DNA of 64,000 nucleotides from a virus: IMG/VR virus record IMGVR_UViG_3300033150_001583, positions 8,849 to 72,848 of that record. One strand, 5' to 3'. A program made the position numbers and the translations under genes. How positions within the stretch are numbered: the stretch's first letter is position 1; every line of letters begins with the position of its first letter. The notes under the pieces were generated by a model. That model saw only the letters and a list, made by a program, of their open reading frames with translations. It had not been told where the DNA came from and did no database searches. Shown here piece after piece: positions 39,271 through 48,838 of the stretch.

Positions 39271-40591
39271 TGTTGTAGTTAATCATATTCTTGAAGAAAT
39301 GTATTTTAAAAATTGGCATCCAGAAGGACATCGTAATATGAGAGGATTAGAATTAATTATAAGTCCTCGTTGTAATTTAAAGTGTAAATATTGCTATATT
39401 AATAATTTTGGTCACCGTTTATATCCTAGTAAGATATATAATGAAGCTAAGATAATTGAAAATACAGATATTATTATTGACTGGTTAATAAGTAATAAAT
39501 ATAGGCCAAGATTAGACTTATTTAGTGGTGAAATATTTGCTCAAGATTTAGGACATAAAGTTATTGAATTGATTTATGAAAAATATAAAAGAGTACAAGA
39601 AGATGCTAAGATTTCCTATATTTGTGTTCCAACTAATTTTACCTTTATACAGGATAAAGAATTAACAGATAGAGTCCAAAGCTATATTGATAAATTTAGG
39701 GAAATTGGAATCATATTTCATCTGAGTGCTAGTTTTGATGGTAAGTATATGGAGCAGAATAGACCTTATAAAGCTAATATAGATTATGATTTAAATAAAC
39801 CCAGAGATGATGAATACTATGAAAAAGTGTTTGAATTTGTAAAGAAGAATGATTGTGGTCTTCATCCCATGGTATATTCAGAAGGAATTGAATTGTGGAA
39901 AAAGAATTTTTTGTGGTTTCAAGGAATGATGAGTAAGCATGGTATTGATTGGAGAAAAATTTATCTTTTACAAGTTCGTAATGCTGAATGGACTAGAAAG
40001 CAATGTAAAGGCTTATATGATTTTGTGGTATGGTTAACGAAGTGGGCGTTTAATAAGGTAGGGAGAAACAAAGAAAAATACATTGATTTTTTAAAATGTC
40101 ATCCTTACGGTTTCAATATTCTTAAGACTACTTTGGGAGATAATGGTAGAGGACTTGCTTGTTCTATTCAATCAAGCCTAGCAGTTAGATTGGGGGACTT
40201 GGCTCTAGTGCCCTGTCATAGACTTATGTATGAAACTCAAGAATATGGACGTTTTATAGTGGAGAATGGGAGAATAACTGGGATTGAGGCTATTAATCCT
40301 GAATTGCTTATTGGAGTTGTAAGCCATGATTTTAGATCAACTGCTTATTGTATAACTTGTTCAATTAGGGATTTGTGTAGTGGAGGATGTCTTGGTAGCC
40401 AGTATGAAATTACTGGAGACCCTTTCACTCCTATACCGACAATGTGTGCTATGCAACATGCATTAGCTGTGGGGATAATTAAAGGTATGTTAGATATTGG
40501 AGTTTATTCTTATGCTGTTGAACTTATGACAGAACCACAAATTTATCAGCATGAATTAATTAGAAAGGAGTTAGATAAGTATGGGTTTTAA
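39242..40591 (+). CDS. Radical SAM/SPASM peptide-maturase-like enzyme
   Basis: CNLKCKYC; 'FSGE'; full SPASM 'CS...PCHR...CITC...CSGGC.G...C'. Confidence 0.85.
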   Translation: MGMDYHLENNVVVNHILEEMYFKNWHPEGHRNMRGLELIISPRCNLKCKYCYINNFGHRLYPSKIYNEAKIIENTDIIIDWLISNKYRPRLDLFSGEIFAQDLGHKVIELIYEKYKRVQEDAKISYICVPTNFTFIQDKELTDRVQSYIDKFREIGIIFHLSASFDGKYMEQNRPYKANIDYDLNKPRDDEYYEKVFEFVKKNDCGLHPMVYSEGIELWKKNFLWFQGMMSKHGIDWRKIYLLQVRNAEWTRKQCKGLYDFVVWLTKWAFNKVGRNKEKYIDFLKCHPYGFNILKTTLGDNGRGLACSIQSSLAVRLGDLALVPCHRLMYETQEYGRFIVENGRITGIEAINPELLIGVVSHDFRSTAYCITCSIRDLCSGGCLGSQYEITGDPFTPIPTMCAMQHALAVGIIKGMLDIGVYSYAVELMTEPQIYQHELIRKELDKYGF

Positions 40592-41096
40592 AGAACATAA
40601 AGATAAGTTAATATTCTTACTAAGTGAAGATGTTAATGTAAGTATATTTTTAGGAAGCAGGGTACGTCATGTTCGTGAGGTAGTTAAAGAAGTGATAGAA
40701 GATTTAGAAAAACGTATGTCTAACAATGTTAATGAAGTTCCTGAATCACTAAAAGTTAAGGTTGAAAGATTAAATAAAGATTTGATAGTACTTACTGTTG
40801 TTAATATAGTAGAAGATTCTACGCGAGAGTTTCTAGATTCTTACTCTTTACTTACTTATAATTGGGGTAGCGCAATAAAAGACGAAGAAATTAAAAGAAC
40901 TTCTAGGGGAATTAAGACAATGTTGGATTTTCATAAATCTACTGTTGGGTTAATTTCAGCGGCTCGGACATTTGTTAGATATGCGAAGCAATTTGAATCA
41001 TTTAGCCCCAGTGCCTTTAATATTAGCAAAGCATATCTGGAACAGCTTTACGATGATTTAAAAAAAGGAAAGAATATAAACAATAGAAATAAGTAA
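40581..41096 (+). CDS. Hypothetical helical protein coupled to the rSAM genes
   Basis: Overlaps the rSAM stop codon; no recognisable motif. Confidence 0.5.
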   Translation: MGFKEHKDKLIFLLSEDVNVSIFLGSRVRHVREVVKEVIEDLEKRMSNNVNEVPESLKVKVERLNKDLIVLTVVNIVEDSTREFLDSYSLLTYNWGSAIKDEEIKRTSRGIKTMLDFHKSTVGLISAARTFVRYAKQFESFSPSAFNISKAYLEQLYDDLKKGKNINNRNK

Positions 41097-41115
41097 TCAG
41101 AAGGGAGAGATTGGT

Positions 41116-41409
41116 ATGTTATATGTAAAAATTAACAATTCATCAAGTACTTTTCAGAGTGAGATTCTTGATTTTAGAGAATTATATGATTTTGAAATTA
41201 AAAAACAAATCTTAAGAATAGAACTTTCGAATGTTCAGATTAGTTTTGATGAGCTTATAAATAGTATACCTAAAGAAGAGTTGTTAACCGTTGAAGTTAC
41301 TGATGAAAATAATAATGTTATTCATCAGGCTAGTGATTATGCTCCTTCAAGGGCAGAAATACAGTTTACAGATAAAGGAAAAAACTTTGTTATTATTTTA
41401 GAAAAATAA
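41116..41409 (+). CDS. Hypothetical protein
   Basis: 97 aa, GGGAGA RBS. Confidence 0.5.
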   Translation: MLYVKINNSSSTFQSEILDFRELYDFEIKKQILRIELSNVQISFDELINSIPKEELLTVEVTDENNNVIHQASDYAPSRAEIQFTDKGKNFVIILEK

Positions 41410-41428
41410 AAGCTGAGGAGTAATTAAA

Positions 41429-41866
41429 ATGAGGGTTAAGCTTGATAAAATTATTTCTAGTGATTTTATTTTTGTGGTTGAAAAAGTTAAGCCTTATTTG
41501 ACTATTAATGATGTAGATAGGATTGGGTCTTTATCGGTAAACTATTTTATGATTATGTCTAGTCATAATGAGGTATTAGCAAGAGTTTTTTTTAGTAAAA
41601 ACAATGTAAAAACTAAAAAAAATAAAGTATACGTTCCTAATTCATCATGTATTAAAATTAGAATGAGTTCTAAGGGTACTAAAGGATCTATGAAGTTGTC
41701 AAGGTGTATATATGATTTCAAGAGAAAAAAGAAAGTGGAAATATATACAAACTATAGTAAGGAATTAGTTTTGTTAAATTATATTGTTAAAAATAATCCT
41801 GATGATTTTAAGTATAAGTTAGAACCAAATCGAGAAGAACTAATCGTTATTTTTAAGGAGGTTTAA
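41429..41866 (+). CDS. Hypothetical basic protein
   Basis: 145 aa, GAGGAG RBS. Confidence 0.5.
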   Translation: MRVKLDKIISSDFIFVVEKVKPYLTINDVDRIGSLSVNYFMIMSSHNEVLARVFFSKNNVKTKKNKVYVPNSSCIKIRMSSKGTKGSMKLSRCIYDFKRKKKVEIYTNYSKELVLLNYIVKNNPDDFKYKLEPNREELIVIFKEV

Positions 41867-41868
41867 AA

Positions 41869-42885
41869 TTGAAAAGAGCCTTGGATTATATTAAATATAA
41901 ACCATATTGGGGTACTGGAGAAGGAGTAAAAATAGCAATAATGGATCAGCCTACAGAAATAAAATTATTCCCTGATCTTAATGTAACTCCAGTTAATTAT
42001 AACGGAAGTAGTTATAATTTTCCTCATGGTACAATGGTTTTAGATGTTTGTTCTGAAATAGCAAGTGAAGCTGAGTATTATACGTACCCTACCTTGGTTT
42101 ATAACATAGAAACACAATATATAAAAGATTTGGAAGATTGTATTAAACGTGGTGTTGATGTAGTTAATATGTCTTTTTCTATTCCTCCCCAAGAAGTTAC
42201 GGAAGATATGATTGAAATAACGAGAGAAGCTTATAAAGCAGGAATTAAGATTGTAACTTCTTCTGGGAATACAGGAGACCGTAATGTAAGATTTCCTGGA
42301 GATATGGACGAAGAAGTTATAGCGGTTGGGGCTATTTCTATGGATACAGGTGAAATAGCTAGTTATACAACTAGAGGAGAATACTTAGAGATTTTAGCTC
42401 CATCAGGAGTTTGGGTTAGAGACAATACAGGAGAAATGACATATTTTAGAGGAACCTCTACTTCCTCCCCTATTGTGGCTAGTTCAATTGCTGTTTTTAT
42501 CGAGACATATAGAAAGTTACACGGAGAAGATCCAAATATTGAGCAATGTAGACACTTTCTTTTATTTGACCATAAAATGATTAACGGTTATCCCCTATTT
42601 GAGTATCCAGATTATCAAAAATTCTGGGGGGTTGAAAAACCATTTGTAGGTAGAAAAGCAGTGTTTCAAATCGGCAATAAACATCTCTATATTTATGATT
42701 GCTCTGCTAGCGAAGAAAAATTAATTAAAGAAATTGTAATGGATATTGCTCCAACTCTGATGCAGTCGGATAAGAAAGGATATGCAAGAACCATGATTCC
42801 ATTAAGGTTCGCATTTGAAGCCTTTGGATTAAATGTTGAATGGGTTCCTGAAGGAAAGAAAATTATTGTTAGAAAAAATGTGTAA
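41869..42885 (+). CDS. Subtilisin-like serine protease (S8) with C-terminal copper-amine-oxidase N-domain
   Basis: Catalytic motifs GVKIAIMD, HGT.V, SSGN.G, GTS.SSP; C-terminal 'RTMIPLRFAFEAFGLNVEW'. Confidence 0.85.
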   Translation: MKRALDYIKYKPYWGTGEGVKIAIMDQPTEIKLFPDLNVTPVNYNGSSYNFPHGTMVLDVCSEIASEAEYYTYPTLVYNIETQYIKDLEDCIKRGVDVVNMSFSIPPQEVTEDMIEITREAYKAGIKIVTSSGNTGDRNVRFPGDMDEEVIAVGAISMDTGEIASYTTRGEYLEILAPSGVWVRDNTGEMTYFRGTSTSSPIVASSIAVFIETYRKLHGEDPNIEQCRHFLLFDHKMINGYPLFEYPDYQKFWGVEKPFVGRKAVFQIGNKHLYIYDCSASEEKLIKEIVMDIAPTLMQSDKKGYARTMIPLRFAFEAFGLNVEWVPEGKKIIVRKNV

Positions 42886-42903
42886 ATTGGAGGTGTTTCT
42901 TCC

Positions 42904-43251
42904 TTGAGCGAGGGAAATAACAAAGTTACTGAACTCGAAAAAGAAGTTGAACAGGTTAAGAATCGTCAAGATATGTTTGAAAAAAGACAGGAAAGGCTTG
43001 AGGAGGAAATAAAAGTTATTAAAGAGCAAATTACTCAACAGCGCGTTGATTCGGCTGAAACTAAAACCATGTTGAAATCTCTTGTTGAACAGAACGATAG
43101 AATTGAGAAATCGTTATTGAAGACTCTTAATACTTCTATTAGTAATAATCAAACTAATACTGTTCGTCTTTTAGATGTAGTATCAAAGATAGTTATAGTT
43201 GTTTTAGGTCTCTTGGGAACTGCTTGGGGAGTTAAGAATTTGTTTTTGTAA
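42904..43251 (+). CDS. Coiled-coil protein with C-terminal transmembrane helix (XhlA-like/lysis accessory)
   Basis: Coiled coil followed by IVIVVLGLLGTAWG; upstream of holin and endolysin. Confidence 0.55.
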   Translation: MSEGNNKVTELEKEVEQVKNRQDMFEKRQERLEEEIKVIKEQITQQRVDSAETKTMLKSLVEQNDRIEKSLLKTLNTSISNNQTNTVRLLDVVSKIVIVVLGLLGTAWGVKNLFL

Positions 43252-43290
43252 TCTTTTCCCCCGCGAAATTTTTTGTGAGGAGGGGTCATA

Positions 43291-43542
43291 ATGAATTTTT
43301 GGAAAGATGGGCTTTCAGTTGATGAAACAAGATTTTCCGTTCTCCTTTGTTTGCTTATAATAGGTTTTGGATATGCTCTCTACGCATATCATACACATGG
43401 TGATTTTTCTAATAACTTATTAGAACTTTTGAAGTTCTTAATATTTGCTGTTGCAGGAATTAACGCAGTAAATAGTGTTTCTAAGGTTTTTGAGAAGGTT
43501 AAATCGGCTGTTAATAAAGAAGTTTCAAAATATGATTTGTAA
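43291..43542 (+). CDS. Holin
   Basis: 83 aa, two hydrophobic segments, immediately upstream of the endolysin. Confidence 0.7.
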   Translation: MNFWKDGLSVDETRFSVLLCLLIIGFGYALYAYHTHGDFSNNLLELLKFLIFAVAGINAVNSVSKVFEKVKSAVNKEVSKYDL

Positions 43543-43554
43543 TCTTGGAGGGGA

Positions 43555-44256
43555 GTGAAGTTGATTACTAAAGATTTTTTAACAATAAATAAATATTCGC
43601 GTCCAGGTATAAAACTTAAAGGTATTAAAGGAGTTGTAGTACATTGGACGGCTAATCCTAAAACTACTGCAAAAAATAATAGAGATTATTTTGAGAGTCT
43701 AAAAGATAGAAAAAATACATATTGTTCTGCTCACTACATTATTGGACTTAAAGGAGAAATTGTTCAGTGTATCCCCGATGATGAAATGGCGTATCATGTG
43801 GGAAGTAAAACATATACTCAGGAAGCTCTTAAAAGACTTTCGATATATCCTAATAATTGTACAATAGGAATTGAATGTTGTATTTTAGATTGGGAGGGGC
43901 GTATGACAAATGATACGTACTCCTCCCTACTTTATCTTTGCAAAGAACTTTTAAAAAGACATAATTTAACTGCTGATGATTTGTGGCTTCATAAGGAAGT
44001 AGTGGGTTGGAAGGATTGTCATCGTTGGTTTGTTAATCATCCTGATGAGTGGCAAAAATTTAAGGAAGAAGTGAGAAAGAGTATGTCTGAAAAGGATGAT
44101 TGGCGAGTCAAGCTGGGTCAAGAAGCTGTAAAATTTTTGGCGGAAGAAAAAATTATAAATAATCCAGATGTTTGGAAGGACAAAATGAGAGAACCTGTTG
44201 AAAATTGGCTGTTTTTTGAGTTGATAAAAAGAACCATAAAAAAACTAAATAAATGA
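43555..44256 (+). CDS. Endolysin, N-acetylmuramoyl-L-alanine amidase (Amidase_2)
   Basis: 'GVVVHWTAN', 'SAHYII', 'AYHVG', 'N..TIGIE.C', 'LHKEV.G.KDC' motifs. Confidence 0.9.
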   Translation: MKLITKDFLTINKYSRPGIKLKGIKGVVVHWTANPKTTAKNNRDYFESLKDRKNTYCSAHYIIGLKGEIVQCIPDDEMAYHVGSKTYTQEALKRLSIYPNNCTIGIECCILDWEGRMTNDTYSSLLYLCKELLKRHNLTADDLWLHKEVVGWKDCHRWFVNHPDEWQKFKEEVRKSMSEKDDWRVKLGQEAVKFLAEEKIINNPDVWKDKMREPVENWLFFELIKRTIKKLNK

Positions 44257-44268
44257 GTTAAATTACAC

Positions 44269-44296
44269 TTGACAATGGATATTCAAATGCTATAAT
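44269..44296 (+). promoter_or_regulatory. sigmaA promoter
   Basis: TTGACA (44269)-16 nt-TATAAT (44291) with extended -10 TG. Confidence 0.8.
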
Positions 44297-44341
44297 CATA
44301 GCTGAAAATTGAAGTACACTTGGAAAGGAGGGAAGCATCCT

Positions 44342-44773
44342 TTGGAGTTTATTTTGGCTAATATTGATGTTTTAATAATTTTAGGTTTAGTTGTTGGGGT
44401 TATTGTTCTTGGGTTTGGCCTAATCCCCTATTTTAAGCGTAAAGGTTATCTTAATCGGGACGATGCTCGACTAACTGCTCAATTACTAGAGATCGTTAAA
44501 CTTATTGTATCTGATTTAAAATTTGAAGATAAAAAGAAAAAAGAAGATGTTTTATTAATTTTTGAGATTAGCCAAATTACTGTTAGGTACATTGAACAGA
44601 CTATGACATTTGAAGATAATAAGATGAAAAAAGAAGTAGCATACAATACTGTTCTTGAGATCCTTAGAGAACTAGATATCGAGATTACTGAGAATAGAAA
44701 GAAGCTGATCAAGATTAGTATTGAGGCTGCTGTTAATCAGTTACCTCCCACAGGAAGAATAACAAAACAGTAA
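44342..44773 (+). CDS. Membrane protein, possibly LL-H-type holin family
   Basis: TTG start behind AAGGAGGG; single N-terminal TM; C-terminal 'K..VAY..V...L....I....ISIEAAVN.L'. Confidence 0.5.
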   Translation: MEFILANIDVLIILGLVVGVIVLGFGLIPYFKRKGYLNRDDARLTAQLLEIVKLIVSDLKFEDKKKKEDVLLIFEISQITVRYIEQTMTFEDNKMKKEVAYNTVLEILRELDIEITENRKKLIKISIEAAVNQLPPTGRITKQ

Positions 44774-44789
44774 AAAAAGAGGTGATAAT

Positions 44790-45215
44790 TTGTATTATTT
44801 TTCGCAGGAATTTTTGAATAAACTAGATTCTACTGTAATTGAAATAATTAGCTATATATTAGAAAAAGCAGAAAAACAAAATAGTAATACAGTTGTTATA
44901 ACTCCTGAAGAATGGCTTTTAGATGATGAGAACCTATATTACGCTCTTTTAAGTGATATTTTGTCTGTGTTAAATATACTCGAAAATTATGGTTATTTTA
45001 CGTATGAGGTAGACAAAGAAAAAAATATTACTGTTCACTTAACTGAGGAATTTTTAAATAGTGGTCTTATTGTTGAGTTAGACAAAACTGCTTCAAAGGA
45101 TTATTCTCTTTTCAAAAGAGACAATGTACCTGATGGATATAAAAAAGCCAGGGGGAAGAAGAAAAATAATGTAATTTCATTAAGACATGAAAAGCGAAGG
45201 ACAAAAGAGAGTTGA
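44790..45215 (+). CDS. Hypothetical protein (acidic N-domain, basic tail)
   Basis: GAGGTG RBS, TTG start. Confidence 0.5.
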   Translation: MYYFSQEFLNKLDSTVIEIISYILEKAEKQNSNTVVITPEEWLLDDENLYYALLSDILSVLNILENYGYFTYEVDKEKNITVHLTEEFLNSGLIVELDKTASKDYSLFKRDNVPDGYKKARGKKKNNVISLRHEKRRTKES

Positions 45216-45534
45216 GAAATTACTTAAATGTCTCTTCCCCCTTCAAGTGATTAGAACGGAGTATTTTATAAGATTTGATGATGGTACTAGATTATTTGTT
45301 GATTTTTATTTGCCTTGGTTTAAGATTGCTCTTGAAATAGATGGTGCACAACATAATAGTTACAATAGCTTTTTTTATTCGAGTAAGTCAGCATTTCGAG
45401 AGCAGATAGTTCGAGATGACAAGAAGAATATTTGGGCTTTAAAAAATAATATTGTTCTTATTCGTATGTCTGATAAAGAAGCTAAAGATATTACTAAAGA
45501 AGAACTTTTTGAAATAATTAAAAATGCAAGGTAG
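45187..45534 (+). CDS. DUF559/Vsr-like PD-(D/E)xK endonuclease
   Basis: 'VDFYLP...IALEIDG.QH...RD..KN' pattern. Confidence 0.75.
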   Translation: MKSEGQKRVEKLLKCLFPLQVIRTEYFIRFDDGTRLFVDFYLPWFKIALEIDGAQHNSYNSFFYSSKSAFREQIVRDDKKNIWALKNNIVLIRMSDKEAKDITKEELFEIIKNAR

Positions 45535-45536
45535 GG

Positions 45537-46565
45537 ATGAGGTTAATGGAAAAGGAAAAAACTTCGCTTAGTATTGCTTTAGATGCTATTCGTAAAGACT
45601 ACGGCAAGGAAGCAATTATGTGGGGTAATTCAAAGCAAATTGTTAACATTGATGTTATTCCTTCTGGCTCTCTTTCGCTTGATATTGCAACAGGTATAGG
45701 AGGAATACCAAGGGGTAGATTAGTAGAAATTTTTTCGGAGGAATCAAAAGGAAAAACGACACTTGCCCTACATATTATTGCCGAGGCTCAAAAAATGGGC
45801 CTTTGTTGTTCTTTTGTTGACTGTGAGCACGCATTGGATAAGAGATATGCTACTGCTATTGGCGTTGACTTTGATAATTTGTTGATTTCACAGCCTGATA
45901 CAGCTCAGACTACAATGAATATAATTGAAGCTCTACTGCGTTCAGGAGAACTTGGGGTTATTGTCCTTGATAGTGTTGCAATGATGCCTTCAGAAAAGGA
46001 AGTTGAAGAGGATTTTTCTAAAGAAGAAGTCGGCTCTTTAGCAAAGATAATGTCTAAATCTATGCGTAAGCTCTTAAGTCTTGCTAGGAAATCAAAGACA
46101 TCACTGATTTTCTTAAATCAGGTTCGCGAAAAAGTTAGCATGTTTGGAGGTGGCGGACTTACTACTCCAGGTGGCAGGGCATTAAGGCATGGGGCTTCTA
46201 TGAGGATTTGGTTAGATTTTGCCGAGAGTCCCAAAAAATCTGTTATTAGAGATAGTAATGGAGATCCTGTTGGTCTCAAAATCAGGGCTGAAGTAGTGAA
46301 AAATAAATTAGCTGTTCCTTTTGGAGAAGCTTTTTACGATATTAAGTTCGGAAAAGGTATTTCGAGAGAGTCTGAGTTGGTTGATTTGGGTGTTATGTAT
46401 GGGGTTTTAACTAAGTCTGGTGCTTGGTTTAGGTATAAGGATGAAAATATTGCCCAAGGCAGGGAGAACTGCAAAAAATTTTTCGCGGAAAATAAAAATA
46501 TAGCAAATGAACTAGAACATGAAATTAGAATAAAGGCGGGGATTTTAAATCATCCCAATACGTAA
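45537..46565 (+). CDS. recA: RecA recombinase
   Basis: 'SGSLSLDIATGIGGIPRGR.VEI...ES.GKTT', 'FLNQVREK', 'GGRAL', 'VKNKLA.PF'. Confidence 0.95.
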   Translation: MRLMEKEKTSLSIALDAIRKDYGKEAIMWGNSKQIVNIDVIPSGSLSLDIATGIGGIPRGRLVEIFSEESKGKTTLALHIIAEAQKMGLCCSFVDCEHALDKRYATAIGVDFDNLLISQPDTAQTTMNIIEALLRSGELGVIVLDSVAMMPSEKEVEEDFSKEEVGSLAKIMSKSMRKLLSLARKSKTSLIFLNQVREKVSMFGGGGLTTPGGRALRHGASMRIWLDFAESPKKSVIRDSNGDPVGLKIRAEVVKNKLAVPFGEAFYDIKFGKGISRESELVDLGVMYGVLTKSGAWFRYKDENIAQGRENCKKFFAENKNIANELEHEIRIKAGILNHPNT

Positions 46566-46614
46566 AACAGAGGTTAATGAATGTGGTTGGGGAATAGAAG
46601 AAGGAGGTGACTTT

Positions 46615-46941
46615 ATGTCCCACAGGTTTTTAATACCTGAAGATGTTATTCGTATTTGCCCAAACTACCCACCCTATTTCGGAGATTATACTTGGCCTGG
46701 TGAAAAAATTTATTACTATTCTTATGGCACTTGCGATACCAATCCGTACAAAACTTGTCATGGTTGTAACGGCAAAGGTTGGGTAGAAGTAAGCGGCAAG
46801 GCACAGCTTTGCCCTGTGTGTAATGGTGAAGGAAAGGTATTAAAGCAAAATCCGACTATAATATGGAACTACAGAGAACCTAATTACAAAACGGTTTGTG
46901 ATAATGATACTATGCAAATTTGGGAAACATGGATAGAATAA
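46615..46941 (+). CDS. Small protein with CxxCxGxG zinc-finger repeats
   Basis: CHGCNGKG and CPVCNGEG. Confidence 0.6.
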   Translation: MSHRFLIPEDVIRICPNYPPYFGDYTWPGEKIYYYSYGTCDTNPYKTCHGCNGKGWVEVSGKAQLCPVCNGEGKVLKQNPTIIWNYREPNYKTVCDNDTMQIWETWIE

Positions 46942-47014
46942 AGCAAGGTGATATTATGGAGGTTAAGATCAAATTAGATCTTAATAGACTTTTGACGGCT
47001 GGCAGGGATTTTGA

Positions 47015-47461
47015 ATGAGAAAGAAGGTAGAGAAAATACTTAAAGAGAAGAACATTTATATCTTCCCTCCTCTTAAAAAATTTAAGGAGGTAATGATGTT
47101 AACTTATGATGATTTAGAGGATTTAGATTTTGAGACTTTAGATAGATATATTTATGTGCTGTCTCAATACATCACATATCTTGCCCAACAAAGAAATTTC
47201 TATAAAATTGAAGAAAATTATTTGAGAGATCAATACGAAAAGAAGTTAATGGCTAGAGTTGCTGATATTAAAGCTAAGACACTCAAAGAAAAGAAAGCTT
47301 TGGCGGCGCAAGATCCAGAAATTAAAGAGATAGAAAAAAAATACAAGTTGATAAAAAGCATTCGGGAATCTCTCCATGAAATGCCTGAGTATCATAGAGA
47401 AATATTGAATGCTCTGAAAAGGATACAAAGTGATTTAATAAGTGAACGAAGGGAGTCTTAA
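47015..47461 (+). CDS. Coiled-coil protein, possibly a UvsY-like recombination mediator
   Basis: Size, helical content and position between recA and the helicase; functional call is inference only. Confidence 0.35.
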   Translation: MRKKVEKILKEKNIYIFPPLKKFKEVMMLTYDDLEDLDFETLDRYIYVLSQYITYLAQQRNFYKIEENYLRDQYEKKLMARVADIKAKTLKEKKALAAQDPEIKEIEKKYKLIKSIRESLHEMPEYHREILNALKRIQSDLISERRES

Positions 47462-47464
47462 GTT

Positions 47465-48838
47465 TTGAGGCTCCCTTCTGAACTCAGGCAGAAAATGGAT
47501 GAGATTTCCGATGTAGCTTCTGAAAGGTCTGTTCTTTCTATATTGATAAACCATCCAGACCTTTATTATGACATTTTTTCTGAGGTTAATGTGGATTACT
47601 TTTCTAATTCTCAAAACAGAGAAATTTATAAGCTTATTTATAGTTATTTATCTAATAAGAAAGGGCTTTACAAGATTAATACTTATATTCTCTCTGATTT
47701 AGCCAAAAAACATGGTATTTTAGAAAAAATCGGGGGTAGAGATTATTTAAAAGCACTTGAAGATGTTAATAGTCCTAAAGAAAATTTGAGATTTTATCTT
47801 GATCAGTTGAAGTTTTATTATGTCCGCCGCCAAATTTTTGTTAAAGGATATGAGATACAGGAAGAAGCCTTAAACACTGAAACAAATGACTTAGATAAAT
47901 TTTTGGCGGAACAAGAAAGCAAACTAGTTGATATTTCATTAAAAACAAAGTATGGAGATGGTGTAGAAAACTTACTAGAAGATTTTGATACCCTTCTTGA
48001 AGAAAGAACCAAAAATCCAGGAGAAGTCTATGGTATCCCTACCCCTTTTAAAGAATTTAATAGGGCTACAGGCGGTCTTGTGGGTAATAGGCTTTATGTA
48101 ATTGGTGCTCGTTCGAAGAACTTTAAATCAGGGACGCTGATGAATATAGCCGTTTATGTTGCTAAGAATGTGGGTAATGTTCTTCTTCTTGATACTGAGT
48201 TAGATAAAAAACTTCAGCAGATACGTTTGTTGGCTATTTCTTCTGGCGTGCCTGAAAAAATGATTCAAAATGGTACTTTTATCAATGTTAAAAAATATCG
48301 GGAAGCTATAGAAAAAACCAAAAAATTTTTGCGGGGTAAAAAATTATTCCATAAGCACATACCTGTTTTCACTACTGATGAAATTGAGTACTTGGCACGA
48401 AAATACTACTTAAGAGAAAATATTAAACTGCTTGTTTTTGATTATATTAAAGAACCCGAAGACGATAATAAATATCGTTCTAAAAGAGAAAAACTTGGCG
48501 ATGTAACCATGAAACTTAAAGCTATATCTGCAAAATTAAATATACCTGTATTGACTGCTGTGCAGCTTAATAGGTTAGCTATTGACCAAAAAACCCTTGG
48601 TGAGGGCCATGTAGCTGAGTCTGATTTGATATTACAGAATGCAGACTACCTATTTTTTCAACGTTGGAAGACTGAAGAAGAACGCGAAGAGGAAGAGGGC
48701 AATTTTATTATCCAAGCTGGCCCTTCTCGATTTGGTTGCGAATATGAAGGGTGGTTCAATATTTATTCTTCTTTAAGAATGGAGGAATTAGGTAATTTCT
48801 ATATGGGTGAAAGTAAAGTGCTTGAAGAAGAATTCTAA
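47465..48838 (+). CDS. dnaB: Replicative helicase (DnaB family)
   Basis: 'E.SVLS.L', Walker A 'GARSKNFKS', 'LLVFDYIK', 'AVQLNR', 'ESD.I.Q.AD'. Confidence 0.9.
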   Translation: MRLPSELRQKMDEISDVASERSVLSILINHPDLYYDIFSEVNVDYFSNSQNREIYKLIYSYLSNKKGLYKINTYILSDLAKKHGILEKIGGRDYLKALEDVNSPKENLRFYLDQLKFYYVRRQIFVKGYEIQEEALNTETNDLDKFLAEQESKLVDISLKTKYGDGVENLLEDFDTLLEERTKNPGEVYGIPTPFKEFNRATGGLVGNRLYVIGARSKNFKSGTLMNIAVYVAKNVGNVLLLDTELDKKLQQIRLLAISSGVPEKMIQNGTFINVKKYREAIEKTKKFLRGKKLFHKHIPVFTTDEIEYLARKYYLRENIKLLVFDYIKEPEDDNKYRSKREKLGDVTMKLKAISAKLNIPVLTAVQLNRLAIDQKTLGEGHVAESDLILQNADYLFFQRWKTEEEREEEEGNFIIQAGPSRFGCEYEGWFNIYSSLRMEELGNFYMGESKVLEEEF

